Positions 42,455 through 52,347 of a stretch of DNA of 64,000 bases are shown here, in pieces. Positions within the stretch are counted from its first letter, which is position 1. Each line of letters starts with the position of its first letter. Source of the stretch: an uncultured delta proteobacterium (GTDB lineage Bacteria; Desulfobacterota; WTBG01; CAIYCZ01); assembly GCA_963803975.1 (NCBI GenBank), contig CAWDOY010000009.1:32001-96000 (forward strand), read 5' to 3'. The translations under genes and the position numbers were made by a program. Below the pieces are notes generated by a model. It was not told the DNA's origin and did not search any database. It was given only the letters and a program-made list of their open reading frames with translations.

Positions 42455-42615
42455 AGCCAGGTAACCCGCACGGGTTTTAATAGGGAAGATGGTGCGACTC
42501 CATCGCGGACCCGCCGCTGTAACCGGGGACGAAAGCCATGAGAAAGCCACTGTGCCGTATAGCGGCACGGGAAGGAATGGCGAGTAGACTGATCCGGAAG
42601 CCAGAAGACCTGCCG
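42455..42615 (+). ncRNA. Cobalamin riboswitch
   Basis: AGGT...AATAGGGAAGATGGTGCGACTCCATCGCGGACCCGCCGCTGTAA...GCCACTG...GGGAAGG...AAGCCAGAAGACCTGCC (B12 box). Confidence 0.95.
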
Positions 42616-42686
42616 GCAGCACAGAGACCGCTATCCGTCGTGGAACACGGGCAGCTTTCAATGCACACATCAGGATGAAAAACGGC

Positions 42687-42723
42687 ATCCCCTGATCTCT
42701 CACGCGAGGTCAGGGGATTTTTT
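42687..42723 (+). terminator. Riboswitch expression-platform terminator
   Basis: ATCCCCTGATCTC-loop-GAGGTCAGGGGAT followed by TTTTT. Confidence 0.85.
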
Positions 42724-43205
42724 GTCTTTAAATCTGTTTCCCGGAGCACCGGATATGCTGCTTGCGCACATCAGCACTTGGATGGTAAAAAGACGGCTCG
42801 GCAAAATCGCCTATTGCTTTACCGGCTTTCCTGCGCTCTCCTGTCGATGCAGCGGCGATTACGGGATATATGTCAACATCCCGTTCTGTCACAGCCGCTG
42901 CACCTTCTGTCCGTTTTACAAGGAGCTGTACCGGGAGGACCTGAAAAACCGCTATGTCACGGCACTGGCAGAGGAAATAAAGACCGCGGATATTTCCGGC
43001 ACTCCCTGGTTCATCTATTTCGGGGGCGGCACACCCAACGTGCTCAGCACTGAGGACCTGTCCGCTATCGTTGGCGCGCTGCGGGAAAAAATCACCATTC
43101 GCGACATGGGCATCGAGCTGAGCCCTGCTCTGCTCACGCCGGACTACATCCGCTGCCTGCGCAGCCTCGGCTTTTCCAAGATAAGCATCGGCATCCAGAG
43201 TTTTT
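42722..43205 (+). pseudogene. 5' fragment of a HemN-like radical SAM gene
   Basis: IYVNIPFCHSRCTFC, YFGGGTP, ISIGIQSF; similarity then stops. Confidence 0.8.
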
Positions 43206-43525
43206 CCACCACGCCCAGGCGGCTCTGCCGGTGCTGCGAAACCTTAAAGTACCCAAACTCATGGTTGAACTGATGGGCCTTGTCTGCGGGTATATCTTTG
43301 TTCGGGACTGCCGATGCCATGTATACCGCGCAGTCTTCACTGCGGGATACACAACATGTGAGCTCCGGATACCGCTCACTTTCAGGCATTGCATCATCCC
43401 TGTTCATCCGTTCCTACAAGCGGGGGCACGACCTGTATAGTGCCCTCGAAGCAGGGGGTATGACGGCGAGATCAATGTGCTGGAGCAACACTATCGGCCC
43501 GTACCGTGGAAATATGCTGCGGTAA
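43200..43525 (+). pseudogene. cbiQ: Degenerate cbiQ / ECF transporter T-component fragment
   Basis: STTP...VLRNLKVPKLMVELMGL and SLSGIASSLFIRSYKRGHDLYSALEA in shifting frames; downstream of a B12 riboswitch. Confidence 0.65.
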
Positions 43526-43589
43526 TTTTCTACGAATGCGCCTGGTAGCAGCTGCAGTAATGCTGATCTTACAGGGGAGCAGCTGATTG

Positions 43590-44390
43590 GCAATGTCATC
43601 CAGGAAGCGCAGCATCTCTTACCGTATCGACGGCACGTACGCGCGGAAAGCCATCAGGGTAAAATTGCGCAGGGGCAGAAGATCGCTGTGCTAGGATCAC
43701 TCGGGCAGCGAAATTGACGCTCTTTCTGAATTTAACGGGGTTTTGAGGCCGCAGAACGGACAGCTTCTTTGCAAGGGACGCGACGTAGAATACAAGCGGC
43801 AGGTCTCACCGAGCTTCGCAAAAGCGTGGCATTGCGGTTCAGGACCCTGACGCGCAGCTTTTTTCCGCCAGCGTGTACCAGGAGGTTTCATTCGGCGCTA
43901 TGAATATGACAGCTTCCCGAAGCTGTGGTGCGCAGGCGCGTGGATGCAGCGCTGTGCAGTACGATATCTTCCACTGACAGATGAAGCGACTATTCCTGAG
44001 CTACGGCGAAAAAGGTGTTTCGATTGCCGATATCCTGGTCATGGAACCTGAAATCAGCATCTTTGACGAACCCACTGCGTGCGGCCTGCAACACTCTGCA
44101 GACATGGAATTCAGCGAACTGAAAAAGGGAGGACGCTGCTCGCCCACCCATGGTGAGAAAAACCGTGATGGAGGAAGCTGTTTATCAAATGGTGTCGCGA
44201 AGGCTCATCAGCCAGGAGAAAGTTTATCAGATTTTGAAAAACTGCTGCGGAATACAGGTCTTGAAAAACCCTGCTTTGGAAATCTATGCAAAGCGCGAAA
44301 TCCGGGGCATCCATGAATCTGCACGGCCGCCAAAAACAAAAGACCGGCTTTTTGCAATGGCAGGAAATGGTGCACCCGTGCTGCGGTAAT
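43590..44390 (+). pseudogene. cbiO: Degenerate cbiO / ECF ABC ATPase
   Basis: Fragments GQKIAVLG and LSYGEK.VSIADILVMEPEISIFDEPTA...TH; many indels. Confidence 0.6.
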
Positions 44391-44407
44391 TTTGTGTCAG
44401 CGCTGTT

Positions 44408-46539
44408 TTATTTCGTCGGCGTCAGGAGGTAGCTGTTCACATCCTCAATCCACTTCCATTCTGTTCCTTCACCACTATCAATCACCGCGGTAAAGTCAAG
44501 CTGCGCAGGATGCTCGCCATCAATGACCAGGGTGCTCGTTGACGGCCGCAGTACGGGAAGCAGATGGGGAAAGTCCGAGGCTGAGATGCTTACGCGCACC
44601 CGGTGCCCGGCCTTGAACACGCAGTCCATGGGCCAGAGCTCAATCGCGTACGGGTAAAGCTCTCCGGCTTTTATGGGCCGGGGATTTTTATCCGGCATGT
44701 CATAGAACGGGTCAAAGGGCGTATAGGACGGATCAGTGCGGTGCTCGGTCGCCACGAGGAAGTTCACGCCGGGTCATAGGGCCGGTGCCAGGCGCTGAGC
44801 CATCCGGAGGTGATATTTTTTGCCCTGCCGTCGGGAAACACATCGTTTACTTCTATCACCCACTGCACATCCTCCCGGTCCATGAGATCAAGAAGCGAGG
44901 TTGGTATCGACATTGAATATTTTTTTTATCAGCCCAATGGTCTTCTGCACCGCCTCCTGCTTGAGCGGCCGGTCAAAGGCGGTGCGCGCCCAGAAGGAGA
45001 GCAGCAGCGGGCCGGCTATTTCCAGGTCCTGCTGCAGCGGCTCGGTGGTGAAGGTAAGAACTCCTGTTTCATCCCGGCGCTCATCGATGAAGGCATCCTG
45101 CCAGGTGGTGGACATGCGGCCGCCCCATCGCACCTGCGAGCGCGACTGTTTCGCCGTGCAGCCGGTCAGGATTATGAATCAGCACGGGCGTGTCTTCACC
45201 GGCATCAAGGCCGGAAACATTTTCTGACAGCAAATAATTAAAGTCGCTGTTTGCGACTGAGAACCAGTCATTCTGAATCATGGAGGGCTTCTGCCTGGTG
45301 AGGAATAACGTCTGGCTCTTGAGGCGCGCGGCAGGAAGCGGCCAGGATTTTTCCGCGCGCCACTTCTCCGCTCCCATCACGTACAGCAGCACCGGAAACT
45401 CTGCCATGAACGGGTCGGCAACCCCTTTTATCTTCCAGTCAAACCACCGCGCCTGAATGCTGCCTTCCATGAAGCCGTCGATGCCGCTCCAGAGCGCGCC
45501 GTCGCCGTGGTACCAGGGGCCCACGACAAGTGACTTGTCCGCTGCCGCGTGTTGTGACAGCCCGAAGGAATAATTGTTGAGCGTGCCGCGCAGGAACAGG
45601 TCAAACCACCCGCTGGCAAGAAAAACCGGGAGCTTTTCCGGTATAACAAAATCACCCTGCAGAAAATCCCAGCCTGCCGCAGGCTTTTCCGGCCAGTAGA
45701 TCATGGGGGACCGTGTTTCATAGAACAGGCCGTCCTGCGCGTGTTCGTAATCCATGATCCAGCCAAGGTGCGTTGCTATCTGCTCGCGGTGGCTCTGCTC
45801 AATGGCCGCTGCTTCTTCAAGCACGTCCTCGTCCGGAAACAGCCCCGCGTCTTCAAGCAGCAGCGGGGTTTTGAGGGCGCCCATGTCAATCCCGAATATC
45901 CAGATGGGTATAAACCCGAGATCAAGATTTCCGCCCTGCATCACAATGTCCCGGTACGCGTCACTCAGGGTCTCTATGGGCATGATGGCTTTCAGGTGCA
46001 GCGGCACGCCGCTCTCATCCCGTGCGACCCGTCCGGCTGCCAGCATCTGGATAATGCCGCAGTAGGACGGCCCGATCATGCCCACCCTGCCGTCAGACCA
46101 GCTCTGCAGGGGAATCCACTCATCGATAATGTGAACAATATCATTCTGCTCGACAAGATCAAACGATACCCACTGGCCCGCAGAAGACCCGGTGCCGCGG
46201 ATGTCAACCACCATGACCGTGTATTCATGACTGAGCAGGTTTTCAACGTAGGGCAGGAAATATTCCCTGCGGTAGGGAGTGGCAAGCAGTATGACCGGCA
46301 GCTTTTTGTCCGGGATCAGGCCGGATAATGGTTGCCCACAGATCAGTTGCGGGCTGGTCTTTGAAACCGGGAACCGGTATGCGCACGTTCAGGTCCAGGA
46401 CATAATTTACCAGTCCGCGCTCATTGAGCCGCTCCCGTATCTTGCGCTCGACGCCGGAAGAAAGGTTAAGCGCAGACGCAGGGGCAGCAGCTGCTCCCGT
46501 GATGATAATGGCTATGAGATAAAGATACAATTTGCGCAT
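44408..46539 (-). CDS. Secreted CocE/NonD (S15) hydrolase, split by several frameshifts
   Basis: Signal peptide at 46539; ATPYR, VDIRGTGSS, WSDGRVGMIGPSYCG, GWFD, GPWYH, FKAGHRVRVSISASDFP. Confidence 0.85.
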
Positions 46540-46648
46540 GGACGTATATACGCAGCAGGATAATTGAACAGAGCCGGGCAGTAATGCGGCCGGCGTCACT
46601 GAGCCTGCCTGAATCACCGGCGGGTTGTCCGCATAGCGGATGTGCCTG

Positions 46649-47683
46649 TTACCGGGGACTGCCGGAGAGCAGAAGGTTAAGTGCCGGCACCATAATGTGC
46701 AGCCCGTATTGGGCAATAATTTTTATTACAGGGCTTTCATTAAAAAGGGCGGTTAATTGTTCTCCTTTTTTGTAATACAGTTTTATGAGATCCCTGCCCA
46801 TCGAACTTTTAGCCAGCACCGTGTCCCGTATATGCCGCATTGCTGCAAGCTGTGGATTGCCCTCTCCCAGCAGAGCAGTCGCCGCACAAATCCGCCGAAA
46901 CTGTTTAAGGAAATCTACCGTGCTCGATAGTATCCGGCACTGCTGTTCCTGCCTGGTAATGCCCGGAGAGTTATCGCCCGGCTGCACCGGCGCCGGGTAG
47001 GTGTCATACCAGCCGAACTGGGTATGATTGCCGCCTTCAATTGCCACGAACTCGGTATCCGGCGGCAGGTCTGCCCGGGATGCTTCAATTTTAGCGGGAG
47101 TGGCCAGACCATCGTCAGTCCCGGAAATAGATATAACTTTCAGGTCTTTGTCCCTGAGACTGAAGACCGGGGATGGATAGGCTGCCCACAGGACGACCCC
47201 TTTAACCTTGTCGGTGAAATCTTTAGCATACGAACACGCCATGGTCCCTCCCAGGGAATGGCCGCCTATGACCCATGTTTCAATGCTCTGGTAATCATTT
47301 ATTACTACATTAGCCCGTTCAGGGCTCAGAATTGCAAGGTCCCCAACCATCTTTACAATCACGGCCAGATACCCTTGCGCTGCAATGGCCTGCATGGTCG
47401 GGGCATATGAACGCGGATCAACATAAGCGCCGGGATAAAAGATAAAACCGGTTTTGGGATTCTTATCTTTTGGCGCAAAGGCATAATAAAAATTTGAACC
47501 CTCCGGCCACTCCGGCACGATTACCGTTTTTACCGTAACCTTGCAGGTGGATTCCAACGCCTCCACCGCCTCCGGCAGCGGGGGGAAGCTTGCCGGCGTT
47601 TCATCGGCAGCCCCGGGAGTGCCCGCGCCAAATAAGAGAAGCAGCAGAGCTAAAAAAGCACCAGCGAAATTTTTTGTCTTCAT
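46649..47683 (-). CDS. Secreted alpha/beta hydrolase (Abhydrolase_5) with a C-terminal CFI-box-CTERM-like domain
   Basis: Signal peptide; FYPGA, GGHSLGG, GTDDG, IEGGNHTQFG; tail CAATALLG...MRHIRDTVLAKSSMGRDLIKLYY. Confidence 0.88.
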   Translation of the reverse strand: MKTKNFAGAFLALLLLLFGAGTPGAADETPASFPPLPEAVEALESTCKVTVKTVIVPEWPEGSNFYYAFAPKDKNPKTGFIFYPGAYVDPRSYAPTMQAIAAQGYLAVIVKMVGDLAILSPERANVVINDYQSIETWVIGGHSLGGTMACSYAKDFTDKVKGVVLWAAYPSPVFSLRDKDLKVISISGTDDGLATPAKIEASRADLPPDTEFVAIEGGNHTQFGWYDTYPAPVQPGDNSPGITRQEQQCRILSSTVDFLKQFRRICAATALLGEGNPQLAAMRHIRDTVLAKSSMGRDLIKLYYKKGEQLTALFNESPVIKIIAQYGLHIMVPALNLLLSGSPR

Positions 47684-47788
47684 ATAAGTCCTCAGTACAA
47701 GGGTTACAGGTGTTCTGCTGCGGGGTCTCACGCGCCTCTCTCAAAGAAAAACAGCCTGCCCTTTGCGAGGCAGGCTGTACCGCGCAAT

Positions 47789-48214
47789 TTATAATTCAAT
47801 GGCTTCCTGCTTATGAGCTGCGTAATCGAGCAGGACCACTTTTTTCGGGACAATCCTGATAAGCACGTAGGCGGGGTCCGTGGGCCCGGTCTTCCAGTAC
47901 GCGGTCCACTTCTCCTTCCAGTACTGCTTGCGGGTTGCGTCATCGGTGACGATTTCAGCTTTTCCCAGAGCTGAAACGCTGCTGTGGTCAGCGGGGCGGT
48001 AGACAAACACGCTGGCGCTGGGATTTTTCTTGATTTCCTTCAGCTTGTTTGACTGGGCGCCGGTGGCAAAGTAGAACACCAGGTCCTCTTTGAGCGGCAG
48101 GTTTTCCATCATCCTGCCCTTGGGTATCCCGTTCTCGTCAATGGTGATAAGATTTGAGTACTGATAGGTTCCCACGAACTCCACAATCTGTTTACGCAAT
48201 CCTTCCTGAGCCAT
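47789..48214 (-). CDS. Pyridoxamine 5'-phosphate oxidase-like / general stress protein 26
   Basis: LITIDENGIPKGRMM, FATGAQSNKLKEIKKNP, GPTDPAYVLI. Confidence 0.88.
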   Translation of the reverse strand: MAQEGLRKQIVEFVGTYQYSNLITIDENGIPKGRMMENLPLKEDLVFYFATGAQSNKLKEIKKNPSASVFVYRPADHSSVSALGKAEIVTDDATRKQYWKEKWTAYWKTGPTDPAYVLIRIVPKKVVLLDYAAHKQEAIEL

Positions 48215-48292
48215 ACTGAATCCTCCTGTTAATATTATTTTTCTACAGTCAGTTCCTGACTAACCCGTTCTCTCTGCACGTTTCCTGATTGT

Positions 48293-48673
48293 TTAAACTC
48301 CGGTAAACAGCTCGTGTACCTGGAGCAGACGATTAAGCTTTTTATCAAGTGACCAAATCTGTGCATTATTTCTGCGAGCTGCACATACTATTGCAGCATC
48401 AATTAAACCCACACCTCTTGCAGTCAGTTTATGTTCTGAAGAGTACTGCCCAGCCTCAATCCAGATACCCTGTTCATCTCCTTTGGGAATATTGTGCCAA
48501 TATGATTTAATTATCTCTCGTTCCTTTTTATTGAGAGCGCCCTGCAAGAGTTCTCCAAAAATACATTCGACCCCCAGAACCTGCCGGTTTTCGAGGAGCG
48601 CTTCTAGAAGAAAAAATATCGGGGAGTTGTGCTTGAGAAATTCAATCCAGACAGAAGTATCAACAATAATCAT
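48293..48673 (-). CDS. vapC: PIN-domain toxin (VapC)
   Basis: IIVDTSVWIEF, ELLQGA, GLIDAAI, WSLDKKL. Confidence 0.92.
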   Translation of the reverse strand: MIIVDTSVWIEFLKHNSPIFFLLEALLENRQVLGVECIFGELLQGALNKKEREIIKSYWHNIPKGDEQGIWIEAGQYSSEHKLTARGVGLIDAAIVCAARRNNAQIWSLDKKLNRLLQVHELFTGV

Positions 48674-48885
48674 CGTTTTCGATTTAAGGCGCGAACATTT
48701 GTTGCTGAATAATCTGCTTTGAATTTCAGCGGGGTTTTCTCGATGGATTTATTTAATGCTTTTATTTTTTTAAGGCACACCCATTCATTTAACGCCACAA
48801 CGAGACTATCGGTCAAAGTCTTACCGGGCGCGTGGTGCCTTATTTCATTGATTATTTTATCAGGGATTAATGCAGTAACCTTCAT
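48670..48885 (-). CDS. VapB-like antitoxin (DUF2191 type)
   Basis: MKVTALIPDKIINE...TLTDSLVVALNEW; ATGA overlap with vapC. Confidence 0.85.
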   Translation of the reverse strand: MKVTALIPDKIINEIRHHAPGKTLTDSLVVALNEWVCLKKIKALNKSIEKTPLKFKADYSATNVRALNRKR

Positions 48886-48892
48886 ACGATAA

Positions 48893-48921
48893 AGCATACG
48901 ATACAGATTCGTATCTGTCAA
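48893..48921 (-). promoter_or_regulatory. Sigma70 promoter with a palindromic operator; leaderless vapBC transcript
   Basis: TTGACA-N17-TATGCT-N7-ATG; inverted repeat ACAGAT-acga-ATCTGT overlaps the -35 box and spacer. Confidence 0.75.
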
Positions 48922-49170
48922 TCAGTTTTAGAATTCCTTCAATTCACGCCCCTGAAGCACCACGGGCAGCGGCCCTTTAAGACCGCTGCCCGGTAAACTG
49001 CAATCTATGTATTCAGATATAATGCCAGGATAATGTCAATACTTTATTACGATTGCCTGACCCTCTGTGCTCCCTGACAAGAAGAGACTGACTTCTTTTG
49101 GAAAGCATAAGTGGCGGGCAAAAAAATGATAGCAGGAAAATGCAGGGACATCCCGTATAAAAAATTCTTT

Positions 49171-49584
49171 CTAACTCTGCATTATCTGCGGCTCTTTCGC
49201 AGCACGGCGATACGACAGGCTTCGCTCAATACGCAGCATTTCATCTTCATACTGACGGCAGGTGAGTGAAAAAAAGGACAGATATGCTTCCTCATTCCTG
49301 CAGGCAAGCCGCCGTCCGGAAAGCGCTTCAAATGCAAGAATCGGATCGCTGGTGTTCAGTACGACAATATCAATATTGTCATACTGAAGCGCGTCCTGGC
49401 ACAGCCCGACAACCTCAGCCAGCATATCAGGTGTTGGCCGCTCGGAGAGGTGCACCGCAATATCTATGTCAGCAGTATCCCTGATAAGAATGCCATCTTG
49501 AGACGAACCGAACAGCAGTGCAAAGTCTATCTTATTATGCTGCTGCAGGGCAGTCCCCAGCGCTTCGATACTAAATTCCCTCAT
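49171..49584 (-). CDS. MNT-family minimal nucleotidyltransferase (MntA-like), no HEPN partner
   Basis: ALLFGS...ADIDIAV...IDIVVLN. Confidence 0.85.
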   Translation of the reverse strand: MREFSIEALGTALQQHNKIDFALLFGSSQDGILIRDTADIDIAVHLSERPTPDMLAEVVGLCQDALQYDNIDIVVLNTSDPILAFEALSGRRLACRNEEAYLSFFSLTCRQYEDEMLRIERSLSYRRAAKEPQIMQS

Positions 49585-49681
49585 ACTTAAATTGCTCCAA
49601 TGAAACAGGGAAATATTCCTGCAGTTTCGTTATAATTGCAAATGATTATAGGGTATAATATCGAAAAAAGTAAACATAATT

Positions 49682-49775
49682 TTAGGGGTTAGGGGGCGGA
49701 AGGCGGGGTTAGGGGTTAGGGGTTCGTGTTTCGTGCATCGGGGCACTGGTCACCCGTCCTCTGATCCGCATCCCG
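49682..49775. repeat. Heptamer array TTAGGGG / TTCGTG with a degenerate inverted arm
   Basis: ttaggggttagggggcggaaggcggggttaggggttaggggttcgtgtttcgtgcatcgggg. Confidence 0.6.
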
Positions 49776-50242
49776 AAGCCTTACGGAGGTTGGACGAGCC
49801 ACAATTCAATGAAGCGGGGGCTCTCACTGCGGGCGGCCGGGGCCGTCTTCTTTGTCAGCGGCGCGACGTTCACCATACTTTGCTATGCAATACCCTGCGA
49901 AGGTAATCAGCGCGGCAAAGGCAATAATTAAAATGCAGATTAGTGCGATGGCGAGAATCAAGCGTAATTGTGTGCCAGTTAAAAATCGTATGGCGGCCGG
50001 GTGCACAGTCCTTGCTCATCCCGGACTCCCCTGTGTTCATAACAGAATGACACTGTTTGTCAAGAAACCGGACATGCGCCCGCATTTTCACTTCACGGGA
50101 TTACGGGCAATTAAAAAACACCGTCTATTAAATTTAAAAGCAAAAAAGCTCCCGCCAGCGAACACGCTGGTAGAAGCTTTCAATTTTTTCTTTCTGTACA
50201 TTCCCCCGCTGTTCGCGGCTAACGAACCGGTGGCCCGTGTTC

Positions 50243-50476
50243 TTACTTTGTCATATTTTTATAGAGGGCAAAATGCGTGGGACAGGTACAGATGTGCTGT
50301 TCTCCGTAAAAAATCCGGTAGGGGCAGTCGCTGTTTCTTTTATTGACAAAAAGCTCCTCGTCGCCGGCCTTGCCGCAGGCTTCGCACGCCCCGTGCCCGG
50401 TTGACAGGCAGGACAATCCCTTGTGGCACTTGACTGTTTTTTTGAGGACTTCTTCCGGTACCAGTTGTTTCATCAT
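50243..50476 (-). CDS. Small Cys-rich putative metal-binding protein
   Basis: GGAGG SD; C-x5-C...CEAC...CPY...CTCP; downstream hairpin terminator at about 50142-50180. Confidence 0.65.
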   Translation of the reverse strand: MMKQLVPEEVLKKTVKCHKGLSCLSTGHGACEACGKAGDEELFVNKRNSDCPYRIFYGEQHICTCPTHFALYKNMTK

Positions 50477-50530
50477 CCCTCCCTCTTCTTTCATCAGCAG
50501 TCAGCGGGAAGGCTACAGGCATTGAGCCGG

Positions 50531-50563
50531 GATTGCCGCGTCGCCTTCGCGCCTCGCAATGAC
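50531..50563. repeat. REP-like palindromic element
   Basis: GATTGCCGCGTCGCCTTCGCGCCTCGCAATGAC, similar to the widespread GATTGC...CTCGCAATGAC extragenic palindromes. Confidence 0.6.
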
Positions 50564-50847
50564 CGTATAAATAATAAAAGTTGTAAGCATTTATATCAAA
50601 CCTCAGTTCAATGTAAACAAAAAATTGCGCTCCGCCGGCCATCAGCTTGAATCTATCCGCTTTCAGAAATAAGCTATTAGAATAAAGGCTTTCAATGCAG
50701 GCTTGCCGGCTCACATAAAATCAGAAATACAGGATACCAGAACGCTGCGGCTTTCCTTTTTTTTACCCCTTTTACCTTGACTAAAAATAAAAGTTACGAT
50801 AGTGTGAAATCTTTTAATTTCTATCAGGTCTGCAGCCATATTTCCCT

Positions 50848-52344
50848 ATGGAAGAAAAGAAGGAATTTCTCAAGCAGAGAATAAAGAAGCTCCAGGATCT
50901 GCGGGATCAGGGCATCAACCCCTACCCCAATGATTTCCGGGTGCAGCACACCACGCAGGAGCTGATCGACCGGTTCGCCGGCAAAACCCCCGAGGAGGTT
51001 CAGGAGTCAGGCGCTGTCTTTGTGATCGCCGGCCGCGTCATGTCAATGCGCGACTTTGGAAAATCAACCTTCATCCATCTCCAGGACCGCAAGGGCCGCA
51101 TCCAGGCATATCTGCGCAAAGACAAGCTGGGCGCAGACACCTACCAGATGGTAAAAAAGATGGTTGATATGGGCGACTTCCTGGGGATAACCGGCACGGC
51201 GTTTGTAACCCACTCCGGGGAGCTGACCATTTTAGCTGATGCATGCACGCTCCTGAGCAAATCCCTGCAGCCGCTTCCTGAGAAATGGCACGGGCTCCAG
51301 GACATTGAGCTGCGCTACCGGCAGCGCTACCTTGACCTGATTGTTAATCCCCAGGCGCGCGCCACCTTCCAGGTGCGCAGCCGCGTTATCAACCTGATCA
51401 GGGAATTTCTCTGCCAGCGCGACTTTGTGGAAGTGGAAACCCCGATGATGCAGTCAATCCCCGGCGGCGCGACCGCGCGGCCGTTTAAAACCCATCATAA
51501 TGCTCTGGACATGGACCTGTACCTGCGGATCGCGCCCGAGCTCTATCTGAAGCGGCTGGTGGTGGGGGGATTTGAGCGCGTCTTTGAAATCAACCGCAAT
51601 TTCCGCAACGAGGGCATCTCCACCCAGCACAACCCTGAATTTACCATGCTTGAGTTCTACCAGGCCTATGCTACCTACGAAGACCTGATGGCGCTTACCG
51701 AGGAGCTGTTCTCGTTTATCAGCCTGCAGCTCTTTGGCACCGGCAAAATTACCTGCCAGGGTATTGAGATAGATTTCACCCCGCCCTGGGCCAGAATGAC
51801 GCTCAAGGAGGCAGCTGCCCGCTACGGCTCCATAGACGCTCGTGATCTTGATGACCGGGAAAAGGCTGTTGTCCACGCACAGCGGCTCGGCGTTGCGCTT
51901 AACGGGGATGAGCCGCTGGGAGAAATCGTGACCGGGATTTTTGAGCAGGTGGCAGAAGAACAGCTGGTGCAGCCGACCTTTATCACCCAGTATCCGCTTG
52001 AAGTATCGCCGCTGGCACGAAAGAACGAGGCCAACCCGCAGGTGACCGACCGCTTTGAGCTCTATATCATGGGGCGGGAAATCGCCAATGCCTTCTCTGA
52101 GCTGAATGACCCTGAAGACCAGCGCCGGCGTTTCACGGAGCAGGCGCAGGCCAAGCAGAAGGTGGAGGGACAGGTCACTGAAATCGACGAAGACTATATC
52201 TGCGCGCTGGAGCACGGCATGCCGCCGGCTGCCGGTGAAGGCATCGGCATTGACCGGCTGGTCATGCTGCTGACTGATTCGCCGTCAATCCGGGATGTGA
52301 TACTGTTCCCGCTGCTGCGCGCTGAAAAGCAACAGGAAACGTAA
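50848..52344 (+). CDS. lysS: Lysine--tRNA ligase (class II)
   Basis: PLPEKWHGL, YRQRYLDL, EVETPMM, LRIAPELYLKRL, FRNEG, HNPEFT, GIGIDRL. Confidence 0.99.
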   Translation: MEEKKEFLKQRIKKLQDLRDQGINPYPNDFRVQHTTQELIDRFAGKTPEEVQESGAVFVIAGRVMSMRDFGKSTFIHLQDRKGRIQAYLRKDKLGADTYQMVKKMVDMGDFLGITGTAFVTHSGELTILADACTLLSKSLQPLPEKWHGLQDIELRYRQRYLDLIVNPQARATFQVRSRVINLIREFLCQRDFVEVETPMMQSIPGGATARPFKTHHNALDMDLYLRIAPELYLKRLVVGGFERVFEINRNFRNEGISTQHNPEFTMLEFYQAYATYEDLMALTEELFSFISLQLFGTGKITCQGIEIDFTPPWARMTLKEAAARYGSIDARDLDDREKAVVHAQRLGVALNGDEPLGEIVTGIFEQVAEEQLVQPTFITQYPLEVSPLARKNEANPQVTDRFELYIMGREIANAFSELNDPEDQRRRFTEQAQAKQKVEGQVTEIDEDYICALEHGMPPAAGEGIGIDRLVMLLTDSPSIRDVILFPLLRAEKQQET

Positions 52345-52347
52345 AAG

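Noticed and set aside
49682..49722. TTAGGGG repeats as eukaryotic telomere contamination
   Set aside because: Only a few imperfect units, embedded in bacterial intergenic DNA and matching the heptamer-array pattern.
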